DNA of 64,000 nucleotides from Thermoanaerobaculia bacterium (lineage in GTDB: Bacteria; Acidobacteriota; Thermoanaerobaculia; Multivoradales; J023). The stretch lies in assembly GCA_036397835.1 (NCBI GenBank), contig DASWIG010000794.1, positions 9,698-73,697 of the forward strand. Reading direction: 5' to 3'. The position numbers and the translations under genes were made by a program. Below, piece after piece: positions 29,501-38,000 of this stretch; the first letter of the stretch is position 1; each line of letters starts with the position of its first letter. The notes below the pieces were generated by a model. The model worked only from the letters and a program-made list of their open reading frames with translations. It ran no database searches and was not told the DNA's origin.

Positions 29501-32500
29501 CACGGTTTCGAAAACGGTCGCCCGGCTGCGATCGACCTCGGCGAGCATCCGTTCGGGATCGTGGGCTATCTCGTCAGAAACGACCTCCACGCGACCGCCG
29601 ACCAAGAGGACGGCCAGGAACTGCCAGATCGATATGTCGAAGCACTGGGAAGCGGTCTGAATCACCACGTCGTCGGCACCGAGATCGAGCTCCTCGACCT
29701 TGGCGCGGAGATGATTGACCATCCCGCGGAGAGTCACCATCGCACCTTTCGGCACTCCGGTCGATCCGGAGGTGTAGATCACATAGGCGAGCTGATCCCC
29801 AGAGCTCGGTATCGGGAGCTCTGCCCCTGACGGGTCCGAGAGGTCCTCGATCCGCAAGAGCCGTGGCCGCCGCATTTCGGGCAGCCTCGCGATGGCCTCG
29901 GCCACGATCGCTTCGAGCGGATCACCGACGAGCACCATGGGAGCTGCGCTGCGGTCGAGAATCTGACCGATTCGGGCGCTCGGATGGAGGGGATCGAGAG
30001 GAAGATAGGTGCCGCCGGCCTTGAAGATCGCGAGCATCGCCGCCAGCAGATCCACCCCTCGCTCGGCGAGGATCGCCACCACCGTCTCCCGGCCGGTCCC
30101 GAGGCAGGCGAGGGCCTGCGCCATTCGGCTTGCCCGCCGGTCGAGCGCGCCGTAGCTCAGCCACACCCCATCGCAGACCGCCGCCATCGCCTCCGGGCTG
30201 CGCTCCACCTGGACCTCGAGGAGGTGGGCGACGCTCTCCACCGGCGCCTCCGTCCGTGTGTCGCTCCACTCCACCAGCAACTGGTGCCGTTCGCCCGTCC
30301 CCAGAAACGCCAGCCGAGCAAGGCGCTCCTCAGCACGGTCCGTCACCGCCCGCAGCAGCAGCCGATAATGATGGATGAGCCGCTCGACGGTGGCGGCGTC
30401 GAAGAGATCGGTGCTGTACTCCATCATGCCGAAGATCCCGCCCTCATGGATCTCCATGAGCTCGACGGAAAGGTCGAACTTCGCCGTCGTGGTCGCGACC
30501 TCGATCGGGGTCATCGTCAGGCCCGGAATCGGCCAGGCCCACTGCGGCGCGTTCTGCAGCGAGAAAAGCACCTGGAACAGCGGCGTGTAGGAGAGGCTGC
30601 GCTCCGGCTCCAGCTCCTCGACCAGCTTCTCGAACGGCATGTCCTGGTGGGCGTAGGCCCCCAAGGTGATCTCCCGCACTCGTTCCACCAAGTCCAAGAA
30701 CCCCGGATCTCCGGAGAGGTCCGTACGCAGGACCAGGGTGTTGACGAAGAACCCGATCAGATCCTCGATCTCCAGCCGGTTGCGCCCCGCGATCGAGGTG
30801 CCGACGCTGACGTCGTCGCGTCCGGTGTAGCGACCGAGGAGGGTCTGAAACCCCGCCAGCAGAGTCATGAAGAGCGTCGCCCCCCGCTGGCGGCCAATAG
30901 CCTCGAGCGCCTGGCACTGGCTCTCCTCCAGCCGGAACGAGCGGATCGCACCGCGGAACGTCTGCCCGGCGGGCCGCGGCCGATCGCTGGGAAGCTCGAG
31001 CAGCGGCGGCGCACCGGAAAGCCGCTCCCGCCAATGGGCGATCTCGGCCGCGAGCACCTCACCGGAGAGCCACTGGCGCTGCCAGGCCGCGAAGTCCGCG
31101 TAGGCGACCGCGGGCGTCCGCAGGGGCGATGAGCTCCCGCCGTGGAAGGCGTGGTAGACGGCGGCAACCTGCTGGGTGAGGATTCCCATCGACCAGCCGT
31201 CGCTGACGATGTGGTGCATGGTCAGCATCAGAGCGTGATCCTGGTCCGCGAGCCGAATCAGGCTGGCTCGCAGCATCGGGCCGCAGGCGAGAGCGAATGG
31301 CCGCCCGGTCTCGGTCTGCACCAGGCGTCCGAGCACGCGGTCACGCACCTGCTCGCCGAGCCCGCCTAGATCCACCAGCGGCATCGGCACCAAAGCCGGC
31401 GGGGCGATCACCTGCAGCGGTTCCCCTCCCGGGGAAACGGCGAAGGTGGTGCGCAGCACCTCGTGGCGCCGTACGACCTCGTTGAGACTGCGCTCCAAGG
31501 TGACCAGCTCGAGCGGTCCCTCGATGCGAACCGCGAAGGGGACGTTGTAGAGCGGGCTGTCCGGCTCGAGCTGGTCGAGAAACCACAGCCGCTCCTGCGC
31601 GAACGACAGCGGCAGCCCCTTCGCGGCCCGGGCCTCGGGAGGCAACGGCTCCAGAGGCGGCGCCTCCCAGCCCCGGGCCGCCCTTAGCTCCCGCTCGCAC
31701 GTCGCAGCCAGATCCGCCACCGTCGGCTCCTCGAACAAGACCCGCAACGGCAGCTCGAGCGAGAAGGCCTGTCGCACCCGTGAGACGAGCCGAGTAGCCA
31801 TCAGCGAGTGGCCGCCCAGCTCGAAGAAGTCCTCGTGGATGCCCACCCGTTCGAGGCCAAAGACCTCGGCCCAGATCGACGCCAGGATTTCTTCGATGGG
31901 GGTGCGGGGCTCGTCGAGAGCCACATCGTTTTCCCTGAGCCGGTTCCAGTCCGGCACCGGCAACGCGTCCCGGTCGATCTTGCCGTGGTGCGTCAGCGGC
32001 AGATCATCGAGAATCACGAAGGCCGCAGGTACCATGTACTCCGGTAGCTTGTCGGCGAGAAACCTCTTGAGCTCGCGACCGTCAGTCAGATCGCCGTCGG
32101 CGGGCACGACGTAGGCCACCAGGCGTTTGTCGCCCAGCCCTTCCTGGCGCGCCAGCACCACGACTTTCTGCACCGCGGCGTGCTGGCTCAGCACCACCTC
32201 GATCTCTCGCAGCTCGATGCGGAAGCCGCGCACCTTGATTTGGGTATCGGCGCGCCCCAAGAACTCGAGCTCGCCGCCTGACAGCCAGCGCGCGTGATCG
32301 CCGGTCCGGTACAGACGCTCCCCGCCACACCGGCTGAGGGGACTGGGGACGAACGCTTCCGCTGTCGGTTTCGGCCGGTCCGCGTAACCGCGCGCAACGC
32401 CGCTGCCGGCTCCGTACAGCATGCCCGCCACCCCCATAGGCACCGGCTTCATCCGCCGGTCCAGCACGAAGACCTGGGTGTCGGCGATCGGCGGCCCGAT

Positions 32501-35032
32501 CGGAATCGACCGCCCCGGCTCCGGCGCCGCCGCCATTCCCTGCATCCGGCGGCAGCAAGTAAAGCCCCCGTTCTCGGTCGGCCCGTAGCCGTTGACCATC
32601 ACCGTTTCCGAGAACTCCGCGAGCACCCGCCGCACGTGCGTCGGCGAGAGCACGTCGCCACCGGAGAGCACCTGCCGCACCGGTCGCAGCGCCCGCAAAT
32701 TCCATTCCACCATTTGGTGGAACAGTCCTGCGGTCAGCCACAACAGACTCACCCGGTAACGGGCGACGGCGTCCGCCAGCTCCTCCAGGGAGGGGGCTTG
32801 CGGCGGGAGGACGACCAGGCGACCGCCGTGGATGAGCGCTCCCCAGATCTCCAGCGTCGATGCGTCGAACGACAGCGGCGCGGCCTGCAGCAGCACCTGG
32901 TCCGCGCCGAGATCGGCGTAGTCCACCTCGCGCAGCAAGCGCACGATGTTGCGATGAGTGTTCGCCACACCCTTCGGCAGTCCCGTCGATCCAGAGGTGT
33001 ACATGACGTAGATCACGTTGTCGGGCCAAACTGCGACAACCGGGTTGTCCTCTCGCTCCACGATCGGCTCGCGGTCGAGACAGACGATTTGGGACTGGAG
33101 CTGCGAGAACAGCTCTACCCACCGCTGGTGGGTCAACACCACCGGCACCCGTGAGCTTTCCATCATGTAAGTGAGGCGATTCTGGGGAAGGGAGGGGTCG
33201 AGAGGGACGTGCGCCGCTCCCGCCTTGTGGATGCCCATGAGTCCCACGAGCATGTCCAGAGACCGCTCGATGCTGATTCCCACCTTCGCGTCCGGCCCCA
33301 CGCCGACGGCGGCGAGGCGATGAGCCAGACTGTTCGCCCGCCGGTTAAGCTCTCCGTAGCTGAGGTGTTCCTCGCCGAAGAGCGCAGCGATCGTCTCGGG
33401 CCGGCGCGCGGTCTGCTCCTCGAAGAGCTGGTGGATGCAAAGCTCGTCGCGGTGGCGGCTCGCGGTGTCGTTCCACTCGAGAAGAAGCTGCTGTACTTGT
33501 TCCGCAGTGAGGAGCCTGAGCTCGGAGAGGCGGGTCTCGGGATTCTCGGCGGCCCCCGCGAGCAGGCTCCGGTAGTACCCCAGAAACCGCCGCATGGTGG
33601 TTGCGTCAAAAAGATCGGTATTGTACTCGAAGACTGCCGTCAGACCGTCTGGGACGTCCGCGAGATGGAGCTGGAGGTCGTACTTGGCAGCGCCGTTGTG
33701 AAGCTCTTCCGCAACGACCTTCAGGCTGCGCGCCTCCGGGATCTCGCGAGGGAAATTGTGCATGGAAAAAACGGCCTGGAAGATCGGCGAATAGCTCAAC
33801 GAGCGCTCCGGTTGAAGCTCCTCGACCAGCTTCTCGAACGGCATGTCCTGGTGTTGGATCGCGCCCGCTACCACTCCCTGGACTCGCCGCAGCAGCTCCC
33901 CGACGCTGGGATCCGCCGAGAGATCCGTACGCAGCACCAGGGAATTGGCGAAGAAGCCAATGAGCTCCTCGATTTGAGGCCAGTTGCGGTAGGCCATCGG
34001 TGTGCCGACGAGCACGTCCTCCTGGCCGCTTATGCGGCTGAGCAAGGCTTTATACGCCGCCACCAGGGTGACGAAAAGCGTCACGCGCTGCCGCTGGCTG
34101 ACCGAGCGCACGGCGTCGCGGAGCTCCTTGGGGACGTTCAGGAAGGCGGTGGCGCAGGGATAGGTCTGTACTGCCGGCCGCGGGCGGTCGGTGGGCAGCT
34201 CCAGGATCGGCGGGCTCCCCGCGAGCTGCTCCTTCCAGTAGTCGAGCTGATCCTCGAGAGCCTCGCCTTGGAGCCACTGCTGCTGCCAGCGGGTGAAGTC
34301 CACGTACTGCAGTGACGGCTCGGGGAGCGGGCAAGGCTCGCCGCGAGAAAACGCTTCGTAAATCGTCACGATCTCGCGCACCAGAATCACCATCGACCAG
34401 GCGTCGGCGAGAATGTGATGCACGGTGACCGGCATACGGTGCTCGGCGGAGCCGGTTCGCAGCAGCAGGGCCCTCACCAGGGGACCCCGCATCAGGTCGA
34501 AAGGCCGCACCGCCTGGGCGGCGGTCAGCCTCTCGGCTTCTGCCCGGCGCCGCTCAGAGTCAAGACGCTGCAGATCGACCATCGCCAAGGGCAACCTGAG
34601 GCAAGGCGCCACCACCTGAACTGCCTGCCCATCCACGGTGGCGAAGGAGGTCCGCAGCGCCGCGTGCCGCCGTATCACCTCATTCAGGCTGGCCGCGAGC
34701 GCCCCAGGATCGAGAGGATTGCTCAGGACCAGCACCTTGGAGTTGTTGTAGGCAGGGTTGTGTGGCTCCAATTGGTAGAGGAACCACAGACGGATCTGCT
34801 GAAAAGCGAGGGGCGGAGGTCCGTCCCCCGACTGGACCACCAGCGGCGGCGGAGTCTTAGCCCTCTCCCGCGGGGCGAGGAAAGCGAGGATCTCGGCCTT
34901 GCGCACGCCGAGCTCGGAGCGCAGATTCCCGGTCAACACCCCCTTGGGCGCCTCGAGGCGCAGCCGGTCGCCACGGACCGAGATCTCGACGCCCAGATCC
35001 CACAAGTGCTCGATGAACGTCGCCGTGTTCAA
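20549..35032 (-). CDS. Non-ribosomal peptide synthetase, 4 modules plus a terminal C: TubC-type docking domain-C-A-T-C-A-T-C-A-T-C-A(Thr)-T-C
   Basis: Track ORF of 4827 aa. C-domain starts (LPLSFAQ..) are spaced about 3.2 kb apart, so there is no room for E or MT domains. It has five HHxxxD motifs, four A cores and four GGHSL/GGQSL T domains. The TTG start overlaps the upstream TGA stop (35029-35032). Confidence 0.95.
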   Translation of the reverse strand: MNTATFIEHLWDLGVEISVRGDRLRLEAPKGVLTGNLRSELGVRKAEILAFLAPRERAKTPPPLVVQSGDGPPPLAFQQIRLWFLYQLEPHNPAYNNSKVLVLSNPLDPGALAASLNEVIRRHAALRTSFATVDGQAVQVVAPCLRLPLAMVDLQRLDSERRRAEAERLTAAQAVRPFDLMRGPLVRALLLRTGSAEHRMPVTVHHILADAWSMVILVREIVTIYEAFSRGEPCPLPEPSLQYVDFTRWQQQWLQGEALEDQLDYWKEQLAGSPPILELPTDRPRPAVQTYPCATAFLNVPKELRDAVRSVSQRQRVTLFVTLVAAYKALLSRISGQEDVLVGTPMAYRNWPQIEELIGFFANSLVLRTDLSADPSVGELLRRVQGVVAGAIQHQDMPFEKLVEELQPERSLSYSPIFQAVFSMHNFPREIPEARSLKVVAEELHNGAAKYDLQLHLADVPDGLTAVFEYNTDLFDATTMRRFLGYYRSLLAGAAENPETRLSELRLLTAEQVQQLLLEWNDTASRHRDELCIHQLFEEQTARRPETIAALFGEEHLSYGELNRRANSLAHRLAAVGVGPDAKVGISIERSLDMLVGLMGIHKAGAAHVPLDPSLPQNRLTYMMESSRVPVVLTHQRWVELFSQLQSQIVCLDREPIVEREDNPVVAVWPDNVIYVMYTSGSTGLPKGVANTHRNIVRLLREVDYADLGADQVLLQAAPLSFDASTLEIWGALIHGGRLVVLPPQAPSLEELADAVARYRVSLLWLTAGLFHQMVEWNLRALRPVRQVLSGGDVLSPTHVRRVLAEFSETVMVNGYGPTENGGFTCCRRMQGMAAAPEPGRSIPIGPPIADTQVFVLDRRMKPVPMGVAGMLYGAGSGVARGYADRPKPTAEAFVPSPLSRCGGERLYRTGDHARWLSGGELEFLGRADTQIKVRGFRIELREIEVVLSQHAAVQKVVVLARQEGLGDKRLVAYVVPADGDLTDGRELKRFLADKLPEYMVPAAFVILDDLPLTHHGKIDRDALPVPDWNRLRENDVALDEPRTPIEEILASIWAEVFGLERVGIHEDFFELGGHSLMATRLVSRVRQAFSLELPLRVLFEEPTVADLAATCERELRAARGWEAPPLEPLPPEARAAKGLPLSFAQERLWFLDQLEPDSPLYNVPFAVRIEGPLELVTLERSLNEVVRRHEVLRTTFAVSPGGEPLQVIAPPALVPMPLVDLGGLGEQVRDRVLGRLVQTETGRPFALACGPMLRASLIRLADQDHALMLTMHHIVSDGWSMGILTQQVAAVYHAFHGGSSSPLRTPAVAYADFAAWQRQWLSGEVLAAEIAHWRERLSGAPPLLELPSDRPRPAGQTFRGAIRSFRLEESQCQALEAIGRQRGATLFMTLLAGFQTLLGRYTGRDDVSVGTSIAGRNRLEIEDLIGFFVNTLVLRTDLSGDPGFLDLVERVREITLGAYAHQDMPFEKLVEELEPERSLSYTPLFQVLFSLQNAPQWAWPIPGLTMTPIEVATTTAKFDLSVELMEIHEGGIFGMMEYSTDLFDAATVERLIHHYRLLLRAVTDRAEERLARLAFLGTGERHQLLVEWSDTRTEAPVESVAHLLEVQVERSPEAMAAVCDGVWLSYGALDRRASRMAQALACLGTGRETVVAILAERGVDLLAAMLAIFKAGGTYLPLDPLHPSARIGQILDRSAAPMVLVGDPLEAIVAEAIARLPEMRRPRLLRIEDLSDPSGAELPIPSSGDQLAYVIYTSGSTGVPKGAMVTLRGMVNHLRAKVEELDLGADDVVIQTASQCFDISIWQFLAVLLVGGRVEVVSDEIAHDPERMLAEVDRSRATVFETVPSLLHFLLEEVADRRPSSPRLTALRWMIPTGESLPKDLARRWLSLFPNIPLLNAYGPTECSDDVSHQVIRNLDAGDVQISIGRPLRNLRLELLDRRLTPTPLGVPGELCVGGIGVGRGYWREPARTARVFVPHARGAAGGRLYRTGDLARTRPGGSLVFLGRIDFQVKVRGFRIELGEIEVALGRHEAVERAVVVARSDGSGGQQLVAYVVARGGHEPPPGELHRFLRRSLPAYMVPAVFVVLGALPLTRNGKVDRKALARHAPPTLPFLIADPAVPATTVEQLVARIWREVLGLAQVRLHDNFFELGGHSLLATKVVTRVRQSFRVEVPLRTLFEAQTVAALAARIEEAMRVAQITEMPALEPVARDRQLPLSFAQERLWFLHQLEPDSPSYNMPIAVRFEGPLSIAALSSSLDRVVQRHEVLRTSFPLRGGTSKQEIAPPASLPLPLVDLQELPEPRAALEVRRLAWREWSRPFDLARGPVLRTLVTRLGGADHVILGAVHHVAFDGWSENLMNRELAILYEAALRGRAPQLPELTIQYADFAHWQRRWLRGKTVEAELAYWRERLAGAPPLLELPTDRPRTMTRSYRGARRSLGLSARLWESLNALAQAGEATLFMTLLAAYQALLARYSGQDDISVGTALAGRNWLEVERLLGLFVNLLVMRTDLSGDPDSRTLLARVREVTLDAHSHQNLPFEKLVVELEPERSLYHSPLFQATFVLDRPPEDQWATADLRMSPLSLEIRAVPFDLSLVVIEGAKEIQAAFEFSSDLFDATTITRLLRHYQTLLQGIVERPEEPVAHLPLLAACERGQLLREWNDIVALYPAELGIHQLFEQRVKLAPEAIAVAFGAEQLSYLELNCRANRLAHHLRQLEVAPEVRIGLFLERSAAVTVALLAILKAGGAYVPLDPGYPSERLAFMLEDSGAEVVVGQESLLAILPQEHPRRAVRVVLIDRDRATIARKSEENPAIATGGDRLAYVIYTSGSTGTPKGVAIPHRGVVRLVMNTDYIHLGAEDGVAQASTTSFDAATFEIWGALLHGARLAVISREAVLAPGELVAEIRRQRISTMFLTTALFNQLSQEDDAAFALQEHLLFGGEAVDPSRVRAVLAGDPPLRLLHVYGPTESTTFTTWHRTVHVNSDSRTVPIGRPIANTEVYVLDRRVEPVPLGVVGQVSIGGDGLARGYHNRSALTAEVFTPHPFGSRPGDRLYRTGDKMRSRADGAIEFVGRVDHQVKVRGFRIELGEIEAALGNAPGVREAVVVVREEGPESKRSGEKRLVAYVVPAPGASQDAETLRSALETFLPKYMVPSAFVWLEALPLNPNGKVDREALPDFESAADETGHVAPRTPEEELLAGIMAEVLGVERVGVEDDFFDLGGHSLLATQLITRVRQVFAVEIPLYEVFEEPTVAHLADSVSALRHAGKGLELPPMNRVSRHQPLPLSFAQQRLWFLDQLEPNNPAYNIPVSLRAKGRVEPLVLAAAFSEVVRRHEVLRTRFSWFLGETVQEADPPEPLDLSLVDLSTLPPRAREAEGLRLAAADVRHPFDLVMGPLLRTTLVRLAPAEHLLLVNMHHIVSDGWSMGVLTREIATLYSAFIAGRPSPLPELEIQYADFAVWQRGWLREEALEAQLAYWRERLEGAPPLLRLPIDRPRPAVMSYRGEVRFFKLPAQLWGLLGAVARSEGATLFMTLLAAFQVLLSRYSGQTDVSTGTPIAGRNRREIEDLIGFFVNTLVIRSDLAGDPQFSTLVRRVRETTLGGYAHQDLPFEKLVEELEPERDLSYSPLFQVMFVFQNAPQGAVEIPGLAMSPLEIDNATTQFDLTLSLWEAPEGVTAGLEFNTDLFDGTTVGRLQGHFEALLGAMGSTPGQRITELPLLTSAQRCQLQVEWGARTDAPAASLPALFAAQVERTPEAVGVNQGTLQLTYGELDRRSERLARLLRSLGAGPERLVALMLDRSLEMVVAILGVLKAGSAYLPLDPSHPAERLAFTLEDAGAEILLTCERQMGGVPTAYRVAGHPVLCLDRDWPQIGAGPTSELGTWPHSDQAAYVIYTSGSTGRPKGTAVTHRNVTRLLAAAERVPDSVHLRFDGRDVWTLFHSYAFDFSVWELWGALAYGGRLVVVPYHVSRRAPEEFLALLVQERVTVLNQTPSAFRQLVVIEEQATRAMGSSELPLRLVIFGGEALEPSILAPWFRRHGDRRPQMVNMFGITETTVHVTYRLLSRSDPAKAGSSPIGVALSDLGIYLLERRLKPVPIGVPGEIFVAGAGLARGYLRRPALTAERFVPDPFSEESGARLYRTGDLARRRANGELDFLGRIDHQIQLRGFRVELGEIGAVLNEHPEVREAVVLALADQAGEKRLVAYVVPEAVRDGLVPDLRSFLSDRLPDHMVPATFVPLDAFPLTPQGKLDRLALPAPDTSRPELRSEFVAPRNEREEILTEIWTELLGLERVGRNDNFFELGGQSLLATQVIFRLQQAFGVELALRAVFQAPTVAGLAARVEEAMQAAPTLGAPPPLEPAPRDGDLPLSFAQQRLWFHHQLAPEAAIYNLPTAVRLKGQLHVAALKGSLNGVFARHEALRTTFPEMDIGPVQQIAAELELELPLIDLRQLPSAARQSETSRLTILESRRLFDLEKGPLLRSTLLWLDTEEHVLLLIMHHIVTDGWSNGIFVGEMAELYRAFVERRAPQLAPLPIQYADYAVWQRRWLSGAILERQLAYWKTKLGGLPTLKLPTDRPRPVVKSWRGSAEPTGVSRALTEGLRQLSLQEGTTLFTTLLASFYTLLYRYTGQEDLVVGTAVANRNRSEVEGLIGFFVNTLALRTDLSGNPSFRELISRVREVAFEAYSYEDLPFDKVVQELQPDRTVQDAQIFRAAFGLQDVAAEALELPGLHLEPVEEAHSGTSRFDLAFSMVEIEGGLAGVMEYDTELFDRATIAQMLAHYLTILKEVRGNPEWRILDIPLGSGEAEGRSSSADVKDESEEFDFEL
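20640..21940 (-). other. Complete C-terminal condensation domain with no A/T partner on the same protein
   Basis: 'LPLSFAQQRLWFHHQLAP', 'MHHIVTDGWS' (about 21500-21530) and 'VMEYDTELFDRATI'. The acidic tail follows: 'SSADVKDESEEFDFEL*'. Confidence 0.8.
22270..23850 (-). other. Adenylation domain, predicted Thr
   Basis: YAFDFSVWELW / LNQTPSAF / VIFGGEAL / NMFGITETTVHV give DFWNIGMVHK, the canonical Thr code. Confidence 0.7.
34880..35032 (-). other. TubC-N-type (beta-hairpin) N-terminal docking domain
   Basis: 'FIEHLWDLGVEISVRGDRLRLEAPKGVLTGNLRSELGVRKAEILAFL' matches the pattern I know from TubC-type NRPS docking domains (..GV.L...GD.LR..AP.G.L...L...L...K.E.L..L). Confidence 0.65.
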
Positions 35033-38000
35033 ATCTCGATCACCTCGCGTTCGACGATGGGAGACGGCAGGGAGGTTTCTTCCTCCAAGGGCGTCCAGCT
35101 CGCCGTTTGACTGCGATCGATGCTACCGCCCAAGAGCGAATGCAGCAGCAGGTCGCCATCTTCGAGGTCGAAGAGAGGGCGGATCGATTCGAAGCTCAGC
35201 GCGCCGACCGGACAAAGGCCGAGGTCCGCAGACGGAGCCGCGTCCTGCAGGAGTTGGATGATAGCTCCCGCTTCCAGCAGGCAGAAGTCCTTCGCCAGCT
35301 CCCCATAGATCGGTGCGACGGCGCTCAGCCGGCCGATCAGGAAGAGGGAAAAGGCGGCGCGATCGAAGGTCGGCCGGTTCGCTGGATGATGGAGATGGCG
35401 GTCGAGCTCGGCGCCGGGCGCCAGGACCACCAGCCGGTGGTCGTAAGGATGGCAATAACTGATGCCGGCCGGCAGCCCCTCCACTCGGCCGGGCTTACAG
35501 TGCAGATAGATCTGCACGGGATAGAGGCTGCCGGCCGAGGGGTAGAGGAGTTTGTAATTGCCGGCGACGGCGATCGGCCGCAAGTGAGCCAGCAGCTTGC
35601 CAAGCTGGATGCCGCCGACGGGGTCGTGCAGGAACTCCCGGTAGCTCTGACGCCGAAGGTAACGCCGCCGCAGACCGTCGTCCCCGATCGCTCCCAGAGC
35701 GATACTCGGCCGCCCTTCGTCGCCATGCCGCAGGCCCGCCAGGCGTCGCCTGAAGGCGTGCCGCTCGCCCAGATCGGTGATCAGCTCGAAGCTCGGCTGC
35801 CGTGACTCCTGCGGCGCAGTCCGCGGGTCGGCGCCGCTGTGGCGGAGCTCATTGTCGTAGGAGCGCACCACAGCGGCGATCGTGGGATCCTGGTAGAACT
35901 CGGCGACCCGGGGGCGGAAGCCGAGATCCCTGTTCAAACGGTTGGCCATCCGGATCAGGTCGACCGAGGTGGCCCCGAGCTCGAACAGGTTGGCCGATAT
36001 GTCGATTCCGCCAACCCCAAGGACCTCGGCCACGATCGCGGCGAGGCGCCCGGCGATATGGGTATCGACGGCCGGCACCTCCGCCTCCGGCAGGTTGGCT
36101 GGCCTCGGGGTGGGCAGGGCTTTGCGGTCCACCTTGCCGTTGGGGGTGAGGGGTAGGGCATCGAGGTAGACGAAGAGCGCAGGCACCATGTACCGGGGCA
36201 GCTTCTGTCCCAAGAACTCGCGCACATCTGCCGGGCTCGGCGCCGGGCTCCCCTCGGCGACCAAGTAGCCGACCAAACGCTTCTGGCCTCGTTGCTCCCC
36301 GAGCGCCACCACCGCCGCCGCGAGCAAACCGGGGTGCTGGCCCAAGGCCGCCTCGACTTCTCCCAGCTCGACTCGATAACCCTGGATCTTGACCTGGTGG
36401 TCCTCGCGGCCCAGGAACTCGATGTTGCCGTCCGGTAGGTAGCGGCCCAGGTCCCCGGTACGATAGAGGCGCTCGCCGGTCTGAGCATGGGCGACGAAAC
36501 TCGCCGCGGTCTTCTCTTCATCGCGCCAATAGCCCTTGGCGAGGCCTATGCCCGCGATGAACAGATGCCCAGGCACCCAGTCCGGACACGGCTCCAGCGC
36601 CTCGTTGAGCACATGGAAGCGCTGGTTCACCATCGGCTTGCCGTAGGGGATACTCAGCCACCCGGGATTTACCCGCCCGAGCGGGTAGAGAATCGACCAA
36701 ATGGAAGCTTCGGTGGCGCCTCCTAGGCTTATCACTTCGATTTCCCCGAAAGTGGCGCGGATGCGGTCCGGGAGGTTGACCGGAATCCAATCGCCGCTCA
36801 TCAGCACCAGCCGCAATGACCTCGGGGCCTGCGCTCGTATCTCTACGATGTACTCCACCAGCAGGTTCACCAGCGCCGGCACCGAGTTCCACACCGTCAC
36901 CCGGTTGTCGGTGATGGACCGGGTCCACGGTGCCGGATCGCGGGCCGCCTGCGGCTCCGGGATGACCAGAGCCCCCCCCGCGGCCAGCAGCCCGAAAACA
37001 TCCCAGACCGAAAGGTCAAAGCTCAAAGAAGAGATGGCAAAGACCCGGTCGCCGGGCCCTACGCCAAAACGCTCGTTGACGTCGAGGATGGTGTTGACCG
37101 CGCCACGGTGGTCGATCATCACTCCTTTGGGCAGGCCGGTCGAGCCTGAGGTGAAGATGACGTAGGCCAAGTCCTCGAGCCCCTGGATCGGCGGCAAGCT
37201 TGGAGGCTCTCCAGTTGGCTCCTCGTTCTCCACCGCGATGCTCTCGATCCCTGGCGGCCACTCGAGCTCGCGCTCCAGCCACGGCTGAGTCACCACCAGC
37301 TCGACCTCCCCGCGCTCCAACAGGAGCCGTCGGCGCTCGCGGGGAAGCCCCGGGTCGACCGGCAGGTAAGCGGCCCCCGACGTCAGCACTCCGAGGACCG
37401 CCACGATCTGCTGCCACCCGCTCTCCATGACCACCCCCACCAGGGTATTGGGCCGCGCCCCCAAGGTGCGCAGGCGGTGCCCGAGCCAACGGCTGCGCTT
37501 CTCCAACTCGCGATAGGTCAGGACCCTCCCGGCGGCAATGACCGCCGCTTGATCCGGCCGTACCGAGACCTGGTGCAGGAAAAGCTCGTGAAGCATCGCC
37601 CCCGGCAGCGGCCCCTCGGTGGCGTTGGCCTCCGACCGCCGGGCGATTTGAATGGCCGGAAGCCGGGATGCCATCCGTCGCTCCCAGAGGTCCTCGCCGT
37701 CCACCGGCGGCTCGGCGAGCCGTTCGAGCAGCTCCCGAAATGAGCCGAACATGGCGTCGAGAAGGCCGGCGGGAAAGAGCTCGTCCACCGCATCCAGAAC
37801 GAGCCTGAGGCCGCCGCTCTCCTCCATGACCTGCATGTCCAGCCAGACCTGGGGGGTCTGGGTGATCGCAAAGCTCACTTTCCCCTGGAAAGCCCGGGGG
37901 AGAAGCTCCCAGTCGGCGTCGGCCAAGTTGAGCGCGCTGGTGAAGACCACCGGCATGGTGACCGCCCGTTCGCTCCCGGAGGCGCGGGTAAGCTCCCGCA

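Noticed and set aside
13560-33860. Recurrent near-identical about 60-nt strings (e.g. around 13591, 16821, 24171, 27381, 30601, 33801: ..ctcgaccagcttctcgaacggcag..)
   Set aside because: They encode the conserved C-domain motif (LPFEKLVEEL) in each module. This is module paralogy, not CRISPR or mobile-element repeats.
11187-35110. Many long plus-strand ORFs inside the NRPS genes (e.g. 11187-13292, 18540-20690, 27365-28834, 29984-31132, 33209-34315)
   Set aside because: They are all antisense shadows of NRPS coding sequence. Their products are Arg/Pro/Gly-rich without domains.
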